64,000 nucleotides of DNA from Bacteroidota bacterium (lineage in GTDB: Bacteria > Bacteroidota > Bacteroidia > Flavobacteriales > Weeksellaceae): contig JAEWYW010000062.1 of assembly GCA_023458535.1 (NCBI GenBank), positions 16,733 to 80,732 on the forward strand, given 5' to 3'. Positions 10,039-20,303 of this stretch are shown piece after piece. Position 1 is the first letter of the stretch. Each line of letters starts with the position of its first letter. The notes under the pieces were generated by a model. The model ran no database searches, was not told where the DNA came from, and saw nothing but the letters and a program-made list of their open reading frames with translations. A program made the position numbers and the translations under genes.

Positions 10039-10845
10039 TTAATCTTTAATAACTTCTGTCCATTCACCGCCTGCTTTTTTATATCGTGTGAGTTCGAATT
10101 TTTTGAAGTCCTCAGTTCTGTATTCAATGTTGTTATTGCTTTGCTCGAAAGGTTTTACGTAATAGTAAATTTTCTCTTTTCCTTTAACATTTTTCTTTTC
10201 TTTCACCACTTCTGGTACAAAAGTAGAAAACTGATAATCTGGCAACACTCGTCTTAAAGCATTATAGAATTTTTCATCATCATCACCAGGGATTACATTT
10301 ACAATTCTATAGCCTTTATTGTCATCTAACCACACAAAATATAATTTTTCTTTTCTTGTTTTTTTATTAACAGACGAAAATGTATATAATGTTTTAGGCA
10401 TTAGCTCTTGTATTTTCTCAGGATTAACTTCTGTGTAATAATTTTCTCCTGAAGGATCTACGTAAGATTCAAGATTAAATTTTAGGTTAGGATTAGTAAG
10501 ATCTTTTCTAGAGATAAAATAGTCCAAAGCTTTTTCAGAATCTGCTCGCAATTCTTTCTGTCTGGCATCTAATTTTTTAGTAGGCGTTGCAGGATTAATT
10601 TCTTTAACAAACTCATACAAAATTGCAGGCTTCACCTTAGATAAGTGTGGATATTGCGCAAGTTCCTCGGCTTTTGTCAGCCAATAGTATTGTTGGTAAT
10701 AATCATCTTTATCACTTTCTTTTACCGTTTTAAAACTTGTGGATAATTTTTTACTGTTCTTTACTGCGCCATATTTATTTTTACTCTGTGCAAAGGAAAA
10801 ACTTATGGTAAGTAATGCTAAAACAATAGTAATGTTTTTTCTCAT
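10039..10845 (-). CDS. Hypothetical exported protein
   Basis: 268-aa ORF with Sec signal peptide; no family recognised; terminator-like hairpin at about 10003-10034. Confidence 0.75.
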   Translation of the reverse strand: MRKNITIVLALLTISFSFAQSKNKYGAVKNSKKLSTSFKTVKESDKDDYYQQYYWLTKAEELAQYPHLSKVKPAILYEFVKEINPATPTKKLDARQKELRADSEKALDYFISRKDLTNPNLKFNLESYVDPSGENYYTEVNPEKIQELMPKTLYTFSSVNKKTRKEKLYFVWLDDNKGYRIVNVIPGDDDEKFYNALRRVLPDYQFSTFVPEVVKEKKNVKGKEKIYYYVKPFEQSNNNIEYRTEDFKKFELTRYKKAGGEWTEVIKD

Positions 10846-11233
10846 TTTTCGATATTAGAATTTTAGATTTCAAATATAATTATTTATTTGATAAAGAAAT
10901 GCTACTTCCGTTAAAAATGATAGGTAAAAAAATAAGTTTTCTAATACAAAATCATTTTTATAATCGTCAACCAATATTTTTGATGCTTTATTTCACAGAT
11001 GATGGAATTATGAACAAATTTGCATTCCGTTAATATTAAATTAATATGTGTTTTTATGAATTAAATTAAACGATTTTGTTGAAGAAGTTGTTGAAAATAT
11101 AATTTTGATATAGTTTAAATGTATTAAATTGATATGTGATAAATAAAGTTGAAGTAATATAGTAATATTTTTTTTGATTTTTATTGCTCTATGTTAAGAT
11201 ATTTATCAAATATTTGACTTTACTTTGCAATTC

Positions 11234-11301
11234 AAAATAATTTTTTTTCATCATTTGTGTTTTTACCTTCTTGTTGATTCGTCAGCAAGAAGGTTTTTTT
11301 T
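11234..11301 (+). ncRNA. Putative small RNA
   Basis: TTACTTTG -7-like box at 11220-11227; hairpin 11265-11294 with TTCG loop and U-run on the + strand only; no + strand CDS nearby. Confidence 0.5.
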
Positions 11302-12961
11302 ATTCTGTACCCAATAGAACTCCAGAAACATTCCAAGCGCTAAAACTGCTTCCTTCTGGTTTCCCCTGAGGTATTTTTATTTGAATGCTGTGTTTTCCCG
11401 CCTTAAGATCACCTAATGTAATAAATATAGGATTGGTAACCGTACCTGGGCACCAGTTGGATCTGCTGTAATCTGAAGAGGATAAACCATCGGGAAAATT
11501 TCCCGTCGCGGGATTGTATAGCCTGTACGATCCACAATCTGTTCTCCAAGGGATGAAAGAATGTGTCAACTTTCCATCAACATAAATAGAATTGAGTTTT
11601 GGGACAAATTCATCACCATTTTCCCAACCTCCATGTCCAGTCGTTATATAACGCAATTGTGCGTTGTTGAGGTCTTTTTTTAGATCAAACTCTAAAAATA
11701 AGCCTTTGTCTGAATCAAACATCGTTGCATATTCTTGCCCTGCCATTTCCATGATATTAACGGTATTGAACAGCGGGAGTACAACATTATTGTTATGATT
11801 TCTTTGCTCACTGTTGTGGATGGTGATTTCAAGACTTATTTTGTGGCCGCCTTTGTCGTAATTTCCGATAAAGGTACCCACCCAAACTTCTTTATTGGAT
11901 AATGCTGGTGAAAGCTCCGTAACATCTTGTCTGTACGGGTTTATGCTTTGCCATTCCTTTCCTTTGAGTTGGATGTGATTGAATTTTTGAACTCCAAAAG
12001 GCGTGAAAAAACGCATTATTTCTATTGCCGGACTGTAAATATTTGTTGCAACGACGCCTTGGTATTTTTTTGAATTACCATTCTCGTAAATTGGAAGTGT
12101 TTTAGCTCCTTTTTCTAATCCATCAAAAAATGAAACTTCTTTATCCTGTGGAATAAAAAATACTGTTCCTGTTCTGTCGTAAGCGTCACCATTAGACTGT
12201 TCTTTTAAATCAACAAATACCTGATCTCCATTTTTTATATTAGGGAATTTTATTTTACGAAGCAAAATAGTGCCATTTGCATATCTTTTAATTGTAGCGT
12301 CAGATTTAGACTCATCACTAAAATTGATGATCTCTTCATTAAAGATATTTATGGTTGTAAATCGGCTTTTCCAAAGTAAATCCTTATAGGTGAGCGCATC
12401 AATATTCTGTGTGGTATTGATGGGAAGTGGTAGTCCGACTTTTTTTACTTTTTTGATGGATGTTGCAGTTGTTGCAAAATTTTTATTGCGTTCTACTTCG
12501 AGCACAAGTCCTAAATTTTGACCTAAGGCAGATGGTCCGCCCTGTACTTTTAAATCGTTGGTGTACCAAACTTCTATGGTGTTGGAATTGATTTTTGTTA
12601 CCGCCTTTTTACAATTAAAACCTAAAATTTTCTTGGTCTCAGAGGTCAGCTCAAAATTTTGCTTTGATATACTCTCTTTATCTGATGTTGAAATAATTTC
12701 ACCTGACTGTAAAAAAGCATAGGAAATAATTGTATTGCTGGGTTTCTCGATTTTTGTAATTTCATAGGGATGTTCCGCCTTCTTATCGATTACATTTTTA
12801 CTGACGATGTAATTTTCCTTATTATTTGCCCAAACTAGGGTAGTCGACTGCTCGGAAAGTACTTTTCCGTGGGATGAACTTACATACTGAATTTCGTAAG
12901 TCTGAGCTGAAGAAATAATACATACAAGAACTAAAAGACTCAAGTAGATTTTTTTGTACAT
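11300..12961 (-). CDS. Peptide-N-glycosidase F-II-like (GLPGLI-type N-domain plus PNGase F domains)
   Basis: Signal peptide; KKILGFNCKKA...WYT...GGP; DAYDRTG, EIMRFFTPFG, TGHGGW..GDEF, SRSNWCPG. Confidence 0.85.
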   Translation of the reverse strand: MYKKIYLSLLVLVCIISSAQTYEIQYVSSSHGKVLSEQSTTLVWANNKENYIVSKNVIDKKAEHPYEITKIEKPSNTIISYAFLQSGEIISTSDKESISKQNFELTSETKKILGFNCKKAVTKINSNTIEVWYTNDLKVQGGPSALGQNLGLVLEVERNKNFATTATSIKKVKKVGLPLPINTTQNIDALTYKDLLWKSRFTTINIFNEEIINFSDESKSDATIKRYANGTILLRKIKFPNIKNGDQVFVDLKEQSNGDAYDRTGTVFFIPQDKEVSFFDGLEKGAKTLPIYENGNSKKYQGVVATNIYSPAIEIMRFFTPFGVQKFNHIQLKGKEWQSINPYRQDVTELSPALSNKEVWVGTFIGNYDKGGHKISLEITIHNSEQRNHNNNVVLPLFNTVNIMEMAGQEYATMFDSDKGLFLEFDLKKDLNNAQLRYITTGHGGWENGDEFVPKLNSIYVDGKLTHSFIPWRTDCGSYRLYNPATGNFPDGLSSSDYSRSNWCPGTVTNPIFITLGDLKAGKHSIQIKIPQGKPEGSSFSAWNVSGVLLGTE

Positions 12962-12997
12962 AACGCAAAGGTTTGTACAAAGATAACATACTTGTAC

Positions 12998-14203
12998 TTA
13001 AGAAACACGCTCCAGTAACGCCATATAAAACCCGTCGTAACCTTCGCTAGGCATTACCTTTTCTTCCTTAATAAACTTGAAGTTCGCATTGTTTTTTAAG
13101 AATTCCTGGACCTGTAAATTGTTTTCAGATGGTAGGATAGAGCATGTTGCATACACCATTTGTCCACCCTTTTTTACCATTTTAGAATAATCCTGCAAAA
13201 TCTGCTGTTGCTCTTTTTTTATTCTATCGATAAATTCCTGGTCTATTTTCCATTTGCTGTCGGGGTTTCTTTTTAAAACTCCCAATCCAGAACATGGCGC
13301 ATCAATGAGCAATCTGTCCGCAGAATTGTGAAGACGCTTGATGACCTTGTTATCATCAATCAGTCGGGTCTCAATATTATGAGCACCTGCACGTTTTGCT
13401 CTCCTTTTAAGTTCTGCAAGTTTCCAGTTGAAAATATCCAACGCTACAATTTGACCTTTATTTTTCATTAAAGATGCGATGTGTAATGTTTTTCCACCAG
13501 CACCAGCACATGCGTCAACAACCCTTTGTCCTTCTTTTACATCAAGAAAATAACCAATTTTTTGTGAAGAAGCATCTTGAACCTCAAATAAGCCCTCTTT
13601 AAAAGCTGTAGTAAGGAAGACATTTTTCTTTTCCTCCAATTGTACGGCATCTGGAAATCCTTTTATGCTGAAAGATTCCACATTCTCATCATGAAGATCC
13701 GAAACGAGTTCCTTTACAGTTGTTTTCAGTGTATTTGCTCTTAATACGGTAGGAGCAAGTTCGTTAAGTGCAATAATTTCCTTTTCCCACTTGCTTCCCA
13801 ATTCTTTCTCCAAGGTTTCCGCTAACCAATCAGGAATTGAATGTTCGATGGCTTTTGTGGGAACTGTATTCTTCTTTAATTTATTAAGAATATCCGCAAC
13901 TTTTATTCCGTCAAATTCTTCAAATTTTTTATAATGCGTTTTGGTCCAAAGCAAATAGGCAAGGATAAGTTTGTAAATGTTTCCTGGTTTCACGCCTTCA
14001 CCCATGTAATATTCCAAACGTTTTTTCCAACGGATGATATTGTAGAAAATTTCAGAAACTACGGCTCTGTCTTGGCTTCCCCATTTTTTGTGAGATTTTA
14101 ATAATCTTTCTATCACTTTATCTGCGTATTTATTTTTCTCAAAAAAAGTTTCTTGCAGACAGTCGTGGATACCAATAAGTAAGTTTCTGTGGATAAGTTC
14201 CAT
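12998..14203 (-). CDS. RsmB/NOP-family RNA m5C methyltransferase
   Basis: EVQDASSQ, DACAGAGGKT, DAPCSG.G..RNPD, YATCS. Confidence 0.93.
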   Translation of the reverse strand: MELIHRNLLIGIHDCLQETFFEKNKYADKVIERLLKSHKKWGSQDRAVVSEIFYNIIRWKKRLEYYMGEGVKPGNIYKLILAYLLWTKTHYKKFEEFDGIKVADILNKLKKNTVPTKAIEHSIPDWLAETLEKELGSKWEKEIIALNELAPTVLRANTLKTTVKELVSDLHDENVESFSIKGFPDAVQLEEKKNVFLTTAFKEGLFEVQDASSQKIGYFLDVKEGQRVVDACAGAGGKTLHIASLMKNKGQIVALDIFNWKLAELKRRAKRAGAHNIETRLIDDNKVIKRLHNSADRLLIDAPCSGLGVLKRNPDSKWKIDQEFIDRIKKEQQQILQDYSKMVKKGGQMVYATCSILPSENNLQVQEFLKNNANFKFIKEEKVMPSEGYDGFYMALLERVS

Positions 14204-14352
14204 TGTGGATGTATTAAATGCTTTCAGATTGCAAAAGTAGTGTTATTTAGAAAGCAAAAAAAGTGTTAATTGATGACTAGGGATGTCGTCATCTAAAGTC
14301 TGTACCATCAATAAAGATTTTTTAAAAACTTATCTTTGTGAAAAATTAAGTT

Positions 14353-14685
14353 ATGAGTGATACTGTACTTTGTCCGAAATGTCAATCGGAGTTTACCTAT
14401 GAGAGTGATAATTTAATGGTATGTTCACAATGTTTTTATGAGTGGAACCCAGACGATGTGGAGGACACAGGAAAGATATTGGATGCCAATGGTAATGAAC
14501 TTCAAGATGGAGATTCTGTAGTAGTGGTAAAAGATTTACCTGTAAAGGGAGCTCCAAAGCCAGTAAAAGCGGGTACAAAGGTGAAAAATATCCGTTTGCG
14601 TCCTGACAGTGACCACAATATCGATTGTAAAATTGATGGTTTTGGCGCTATGGCCTTAAAATCTGAATTTGTGAAAAAGGCATAA
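14353..14685 (+). CDS. PhnA/YjdM zinc-ribbon protein
   Basis: CPKC...CSQC..EW; D.NGN.L.DGD.V...KDL.VKG. Confidence 0.92.
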   Translation: MSDTVLCPKCQSEFTYESDNLMVCSQCFYEWNPDDVEDTGKILDANGNELQDGDSVVVVKDLPVKGAPKPVKAGTKVKNIRLRPDSDHNIDCKIDGFGAMALKSEFVKKA

Positions 14686-14897
14686 AAAAAGGAAAAATTT
14701 GGACAGGGTAATCTTCCGTTGGTGTATTGCTAAAGCTAATAACACCAGTAAAGGCAGAAAGAGAATTAACCAAAAGTTTCCTTGTTTTTTTATGATTGGG
14801 TGTAGAACAAATATAGAAGTTTTTTGTGAAATAAAGTGGAAAACTGATGTGAAAGTTATCCACAAACTAATAATAACGAATTATTTTAATAAGATTC

Positions 14898-15836
14898 TCA
14901 ATTTTCAAATGAAATCTTGATGCTATTATCTGCTTTATGCTGCGTATATAGTATAAGATTCTTGTTGTAAAGAGAGATTTTTGTCCAGTAGTAATTTCCA
15001 GCGAATAAACTTTCAATTACTTGAGCGTCCACTCCATATTGGGAAATTTGAATTTCTGTGGGAAACCAAAAATTCTTTCGAAGTCCAAATTTCTCTTTTT
15101 CTTCATCCGAAAATACATTTACCTCTCCAAAAAGTTCGGCAACGTAATGATTTATTGGGTTTTTGAAAGCCATTTCAGGTGTGCTGTCCTGTATTATTTT
15201 CCCATTTTGTAAGATAATGATTTGATCCAACCAAGGCATGATGTCCTGAACCTCGTGTGTTGAGATCAATAAAGAAATTTTTTCCTTTTTAATAAACTCC
15301 AGCAGGCTTTCTCGCAATTGTATCTTTCTTGAATAATCGAGCTGACTGAAAGGCTCATCCAGTAAAAGTATTTTAGGCGTCACCGAAAGTGCCCTTGCTA
15401 TAGCCACACGCTGTTGTTGCCCTCCGCTTAGATTTTTTGGAAGTACGTTGGCAAATTCTTCCATACCTACCACTTCCAAAAGTTGACTTACTTTTTCTTT
15501 TTTTGCTTGAAGATGAATATTAGAAATAAATTTTCCCACGTTTTCCGCTACAGTCGCATAAGGCATCAAATCAAAATTTTGGGCAACATGCTTCATTTGC
15601 GGCTCTCCAGGAACCAAATTTCCTTTTGGCCCCAGAAGTTTTCTGCCATCAAAGATAATTTCTCCGTTATCCCAATTCAGCAATCCATAAATGAGATTCA
15701 ATAGGGTAGATTTTCCACATCCACTTTCACCTGCAATAGCAGTAATCTTTCCCTCTGAAATTTGCAGATTTAAATCTTGAAAGAGCGGTTTTTCCAGACT
15801 GTACGAAAATGATAATTGTTGGATATCTAAGAGCAT
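14898..15836 (-). CDS. ABC transporter ATP-binding protein (FbpC/PotA-like, orphan)
   Basis: GESGCGKS, LSGGQQQR, LLLDEPF. Confidence 0.9.
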   Translation of the reverse strand: MLLDIQQLSFSYSLEKPLFQDLNLQISEGKITAIAGESGCGKSTLLNLIYGLLNWDNGEIIFDGRKLLGPKGNLVPGEPQMKHVAQNFDLMPYATVAENVGKFISNIHLQAKKEKVSQLLEVVGMEEFANVLPKNLSGGQQQRVAIARALSVTPKILLLDEPFSQLDYSRKIQLRESLLEFIKKEKISLLISTHEVQDIMPWLDQIIILQNGKIIQDSTPEMAFKNPINHYVAELFGEVNVFSDEEKEKFGLRKNFWFPTEIQISQYGVDAQVIESLFAGNYYWTKISLYNKNLILYTQHKADNSIKISFEN

Positions 15837-15998
15837 ATCACAAAAATAATCTTTTGAAGTGAATTTTTATTGTTTTGTTTCTTTAATAATTTGCAAAGGG
15901 TGTATGAATATGCAGAAATGTTGTATAATAACCGATTTTGGAGCCTTACGCCAAAAATAATTTTAGTAAATTCGCATCAAAATTTTAAAAAAAAGATT

Positions 15999-16655
15999 AT
16001 GAGAAAAAAGATTTTCGTAGGATTACTGCCTATTTTGTTTGCTGCAACGGTAATCTCTTGTAAAAAAGAAAAACCAGTAACAAGCGAACACACTGAAGTG
16101 GTTACTACAAAAGAAGGTGCTCAGTATGTGGTGGATACCATGAACTCTAAGGTAGAATGGAAGGGTTACAAAATTTTCAAGACCGAAAATACAAGTCACT
16201 TTGGTTCTATCAAGTTTGAGAGTGGTGATATCACCGTTAAAGATGGCAAATTGGAAAGCGGTAAATTTGTTGCCAATATGGCTTCTCTAAATGCAGAGGA
16301 TTTAAAAGATGATAAAGAAAACCAAGCAAAACTGAACGGACACTTAAAAAGTGCAGATTTTTTTGATGTAGAAAAATTCCCAACTGCTTCTTTTGAGATC
16401 ACAAAAGTAACGCCTGCTGCGGAAGGTGATTTTAATACCCTTTTAGAAGGTAATCTTACTATTAAAGGAATTACAAAGCCTGCGCAGTTCAAGGCTAATG
16501 TGAATGTGAAAGATGGTGAGGTTTCAATTGCTTCGGAACAAAAAGATATCAATAGAGAAGATTTTGGAGTAAAATTCCAAGCTCCAGCAGAAAATGGAGT
16601 CATTAAAAATGAGATCACCCTTCAGATTAATGTGAAAGCTTTTGAAAAGAAATAA
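15999..16655 (+). CDS. YceI-family lipoprotein
   Basis: Start reassigned to MRKKIF; lipobox VISC; HLKSADFFDVEKFPTA, GNLTIKG. Confidence 0.92.
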   Translation: MRKKIFVGLLPILFAATVISCKKEKPVTSEHTEVVTTKEGAQYVVDTMNSKVEWKGYKIFKTENTSHFGSIKFESGDITVKDGKLESGKFVANMASLNAEDLKDDKENQAKLNGHLKSADFFDVEKFPTASFEITKVTPAAEGDFNTLLEGNLTIKGITKPAQFKANVNVKDGEVSIASEQKDINREDFGVKFQAPAENGVIKNEITLQINVKAFEKK

Positions 16656-16770
16656 ACATTCAGTTTGAGGTAAAAATAAGAATCCGTTTCATGAAAATTG
16701 AAGCGGATTTTTTATATCCCATTACAACTTTTAATTGTATTTTTGCAAGACAATAGAAATAAAAAGATCT

Positions 16771-17781
16771 ATGTTAGAAAAGATTGAGGAACTTTTGGTA
16801 GAAGTGAACAATTTCCAGTCCACCCAAAAGGATGAAATAGAAAATTTTCGAATAAAATTTAACAGTAAAAAAGGAATTTTAAATGATTTTTTTGAAAAAT
16901 TTAAAGAGGTTCCTAATGAGCATAAAAAAGATTTTGGACAAAAAATCAATTCATTAAAACAAGCTGTTGCAGCTAAGCTTGATGAGTTGAAAAATGCTTC
17001 TGCATCTTCCATTATTACTGAAAAAGAAGATTTTACAAGACCTGGTTTCGCAATGGAGTTGGGTTCAAGACATCCGATCAATTTAGTGAAGAACAGAATT
17101 ATTGAGATCTTTAAATCTATTGGTTTTGCAGTGGCAGACGGTCCTGAAATTGAGGATGATTGGCATAATTTTACAGCCTTGAATCTTCCAGAATACCACC
17201 CTGCCAGAGATATGCAAGATACATTTTTCATCGAGTCGAATCCAGATGTTTTATTGAGAACGCATACTTCCTCAGTACAGATCAGGTATATGGAAGAAAA
17301 CCAGCCACCGATCAGAATTCTTTCGCCGGGTAGGGTTTTCAGAAACGAGGCTATTTCTTCGCGTTCACACTGCATTTTCCACCAGATTGAAGGTTTGTAT
17401 ATTGATGAAAATGTAAGTTTTGCGGATTTAAAACAAACCATACAGTTTTTTACTACCGAACTTTTTGGCAAATCAAAAATCAGATTAAGACCATCATATT
17501 TTCCTTTCACAGAACCTAGTGCCGAGATAGATGTGTATTGGGGTTTGAATTCAGAAACCGATTACAGAATTACAAAAGGGACTGGTTGGCTAGAGATTAT
17601 GGGGTGTGGAATGGTGGATCCAGCAGTTTTACAGAATGTAAATATCGATCCTGATAAATATTCGGGTTATGCCTTTGGTATGGGAATCGAAAGAATTGTA
17701 ATGCTTCTTTATCAAATGAGCGACATCAGAATGTTTTTTGAAAATGATGTGAGAATGCTGAACCAGTTTAAAGGTTTATAA
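16771..17781 (+). CDS. pheS: Phenylalanine-tRNA ligase alpha subunit
   Basis: [41 protein letters not shown]; start reassigned to ATG 16771. Confidence 0.98.
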   Translation: MLEKIEELLVEVNNFQSTQKDEIENFRIKFNSKKGILNDFFEKFKEVPNEHKKDFGQKINSLKQAVAAKLDELKNASASSIITEKEDFTRPGFAMELGSRHPINLVKNRIIEIFKSIGFAVADGPEIEDDWHNFTALNLPEYHPARDMQDTFFIESNPDVLLRTHTSSVQIRYMEENQPPIRILSPGRVFRNEAISSRSHCIFHQIEGLYIDENVSFADLKQTIQFFTTELFGKSKIRLRPSYFPFTEPSAEIDVYWGLNSETDYRITKGTGWLEIMGCGMVDPAVLQNVNIDPDKYSGYAFGMGIERIVMLLYQMSDIRMFFENDVRMLNQFKGL

Positions 17782-17793
17782 TACAAAACAATA

Positions 17794-17826
17794 AAAAAGA
17801 GCTGTCATAAAAATGACAGCTCTTTT
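17794..17826. terminator. Bidirectional intrinsic terminator
   Basis: AAAAGAGCTGTCAT-AAAA-ATGACAGCTCTTTT between convergent genes. Confidence 0.8.
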
Positions 17827-17843
17827 CATTTTCTAACTTTTTA

Positions 17844-18614
17844 TCACTTCTGAAAAGCAATAGGATATTTTACATTTTTGTAATCATCAATACTGGCTTT
17901 TAATGATCCCACGGCCAATTCCGCTTTTAAGAGAACAGGAATATGGTTGGCATCATTCGTTACCCACATTGTAACACCTTCTTTTTCTTTAAAAACCCTT
18001 CCACTCTTTACAGATGGAATAATTTTTAGGCAGTTTATCTTGCCGAATTTTGTAGAAAGTGTTTCTGTGCCCACTACTTTCAGCTGAAAAGGAAACATTT
18101 CATCATCAATCCAAACATTCATATTCATCACTGTTCCTACTTTTAATTGAGCATTGCTTTTGCTTCTTAAATAATAAAAACAAGAAAGCATATCTTGAAC
18201 TCCAGCTACTGATTTGATGACCTTAGAACCATTGGCTGGTGTCTTTTTATCCGTTAGTATTAACGTTTGATTCCCATGATTAAAGACCGTCTCTAAATGT
18301 TGAGAATAGGAGCCTTCTTTTACATTCCTTACGTAAAAGCTCGGTAGTCCTGTATTGGTATTAATGAAACTTTCATAAAGATCATCTACTTTAAAAAATG
18401 CTCTTACAGCTCCAGTTGTTTTACCAGTTCCTTTTACATATAAATGAGGAACGCCTTTATAAGTAGTGTATTTGGTTGTTAGATTAGCTGAACCAGCATT
18501 CAGAATACCATAATGTATTCTATAGGTTAAAGATTCACCGTTTTCTATATTGGTTATTTGCGCTAAAAATAGTCCTGATATTGCAAATGCAAAAAATAAA
18601 AACAACTTTTTCAT
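17844..18614 (-). CDS. DUF3108 family exported protein
   Basis: GE.L.Y..HYG..NAG, FFKV.D.YES, W.TND.N.IP. Confidence 0.8.
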   Translation of the reverse strand: MKKLFLFFAFAISGLFLAQITNIENGESLTYRIHYGILNAGSANLTTKYTTYKGVPHLYVKGTGKTTGAVRAFFKVDDLYESFINTNTGLPSFYVRNVKEGSYSQHLETVFNHGNQTLILTDKKTPANGSKVIKSVAGVQDMLSCFYYLRSKSNAQLKVGTVMNMNVWIDDEMFPFQLKVVGTETLSTKFGKINCLKIIPSVKSGRVFKEKEGVTMWVTNDANHIPVLLKAELAVGSLKASIDDYKNVKYPIAFQK

Positions 18615-18625
18615 GCTAAGATTTT

Positions 18626-18643
18626 TACAAATATATTGCCAAA
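18626..18643 (-). promoter_or_regulatory. Sigma54-like -24/-12 promoter of the DUF3108 gene
   Basis: TTTGGCA-ATATAT-TTGT on the minus strand about 12 nt upstream of the ATG. Confidence 0.5.
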
Positions 18644-18778
18644 AACTGGGATGTAAAAATGTGTGTATAAGACTTTTGAGGGGTTTCTTTGATAAATCTC
18701 ATCTTTTTAATGGTGTTATGTAAAGAGCAGTGATGTCAATTTTCGTAAATTTGTAGATAATTAAAAGTTTTTACGATT

Positions 18779-19834
18779 ATGATAACAACGGATTTATTGA
18801 TTATAGGAGCTGGTCCAACGGGTCTTTTTGCAGTATTTGAAGCAGGCTTGCTGAAAATGAAATGCCATATTATAGATGCGCTTCCACAGCCAGGAGGACA
18901 ATTGGCAGAGTTATATCCTAAAAAACCTATTTTCGATATTCCAGGTTATCCATCTATTAATGCTGGAGAACTGGTTGATAATTTAATGGAGCAGATTAAG
19001 CAGTTTCAGCCTGGGTTTACGTTAGGGGAAACTGCAGTTACGCTTACTAAAGTGGATGAAGAGTGGTTTGAAGTTATTACCAATAAAGGTAAAGTTCATA
19101 GAGCTAAAGCTGTTGCTATTGCTGGAGGTTTAGGAACTTTTGAACCAAGAAAACCCACGATTGAAAATATTGCCGAATACGAGGAAAAAGGTTTGGAATA
19201 CTTCATTAAAGAACCTGAGCATTTCAGAGGTAAGAAGGTTGTAATTGCTGGTGGTGGAGATTCAGCTTTGGATTGGAGCATTTTCTTGGCAAACGTTGCA
19301 GATGAAGTTACCTTGATTCACAGAAGAAATGAATTTAGGGGCGCGCTAGATTCTGTAGAAAAGGTACAGGATTTAAAAAATCAAGGAAAAATAAAATTAA
19401 TTACCCCTGCTGAAGTTACGGCCATAAAAGGAAATGGTAAGGTAGAAGCAATTACAGTTGAAAAAGAAGGTGAGGATGCTGTAGATATACAGACGGATTA
19501 CTTTATTCCATTGTTTGGTTTAACACCAAAGCTGGGAGATATTGCTAATTGGGGATTGGATATCGAAAAAAATGCGATTGTAGTTAATAATGCATTGGAT
19601 TATCAAACTAATATCAATGGTGTTTATGCAATAGGAGATATCAATACTTATCCAGGTAAATTAAAATTGATATTATGTGGTTTCCATGAAGCTACATTAA
19701 TGTGTCAGAGTGTATATAACCGACTTAACCCTGGTAAAAAATTCGTGTTAAAGTATACTACTGTTAGTGGTGTAGATGGTTTTGATGGAAGCCGAAAAGA
19801 AGCGGAAAAAGCTGTGGTTAAAAAAATCGACTAA
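18779..19834 (+). CDS. Ferredoxin-NADP+ reductase (TrxB-like)
   Basis: GAGPTG, GGQL.ELYP.K.I.DIPG, GGGDSALDW, KLKLILCGFHEA; no CxxC. Confidence 0.92.
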   Translation: MITTDLLIIGAGPTGLFAVFEAGLLKMKCHIIDALPQPGGQLAELYPKKPIFDIPGYPSINAGELVDNLMEQIKQFQPGFTLGETAVTLTKVDEEWFEVITNKGKVHRAKAVAIAGGLGTFEPRKPTIENIAEYEEKGLEYFIKEPEHFRGKKVVIAGGGDSALDWSIFLANVADEVTLIHRRNEFRGALDSVEKVQDLKNQGKIKLITPAEVTAIKGNGKVEAITVEKEGEDAVDIQTDYFIPLFGLTPKLGDIANWGLDIEKNAIVVNNALDYQTNINGVYAIGDINTYPGKLKLILCGFHEATLMCQSVYNRLNPGKKFVLKYTTVSGVDGFDGSRKEAEKAVVKKID

Positions 19835-19856
19835 TCCTAAAATCTATTGTCAAAAT

Positions 19857-20189
19857 ATGAGCGATATTAATTTAAAAATAATAGACAGGGAAGGTGTTCT
19901 GCACGAGGTTTTAGCGCCTACCGATATGTCTATGAATTTAATGGAAGTAATTCGTTCCTACGAATTAGCGGAAGAAGGCACAATAGGTGTTTGTGGAGGG
20001 ATGGCGATGTGTGCTTCTTGTCAGGTTTATGTACTAGAGGGTGAAGATCAGTTGCCACCAATGGATTCGGAAGAGGATGCCATGCTTGCGGAAGCTTTTC
20101 ATGTGCAAGACAAGAGCAGATTAGGTTGTCAGTTGTATATTACCGATGCTTTGGAAGGTTTAGAAGTGGAGATCGCCCCTTATCCATAA
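19857..20189 (+). CDS. 2Fe-2S ferredoxin
   Basis: CGGMAMCASC...SRLGCQ; start reassigned to MSDINL. Confidence 0.93.
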   Translation: MSDINLKIIDREGVLHEVLAPTDMSMNLMEVIRSYELAEEGTIGVCGGMAMCASCQVYVLEGEDQLPPMDSEEDAMLAEAFHVQDKSRLGCQLYITDALEGLEVEIAPYP

Positions 20190-20201
20190 TCTGTAATCTA
20201 C

Positions 20202-20252
20202 AAAATAAAAAAGGGTTTCGGCGCCGCAGGCGCCGAAACCCTTTTTTATTTT
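20202..20252. terminator. Perfect 24-bp inverted repeat; bidirectional terminator with REP-like core
   Basis: AAAATAAAAAAGGGTTTCGGCGCC-GCA-GGCGCCGAAACCCTTTTTTATTTT. Confidence 0.85.
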
Positions 20253-20303
20253 TTATTTGTGATTTTTAAAATCTAATACGTACTTAAAACTAAAACCAAA
20301 GTA

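Noticed and set aside
10846..11219. Long AT-rich intergenic stretch
   Set aside because: No ORF, repeat or structure that I can support
16731..17510. 259-aa minus-strand ORF
   Set aside because: Antisense shadow of pheS
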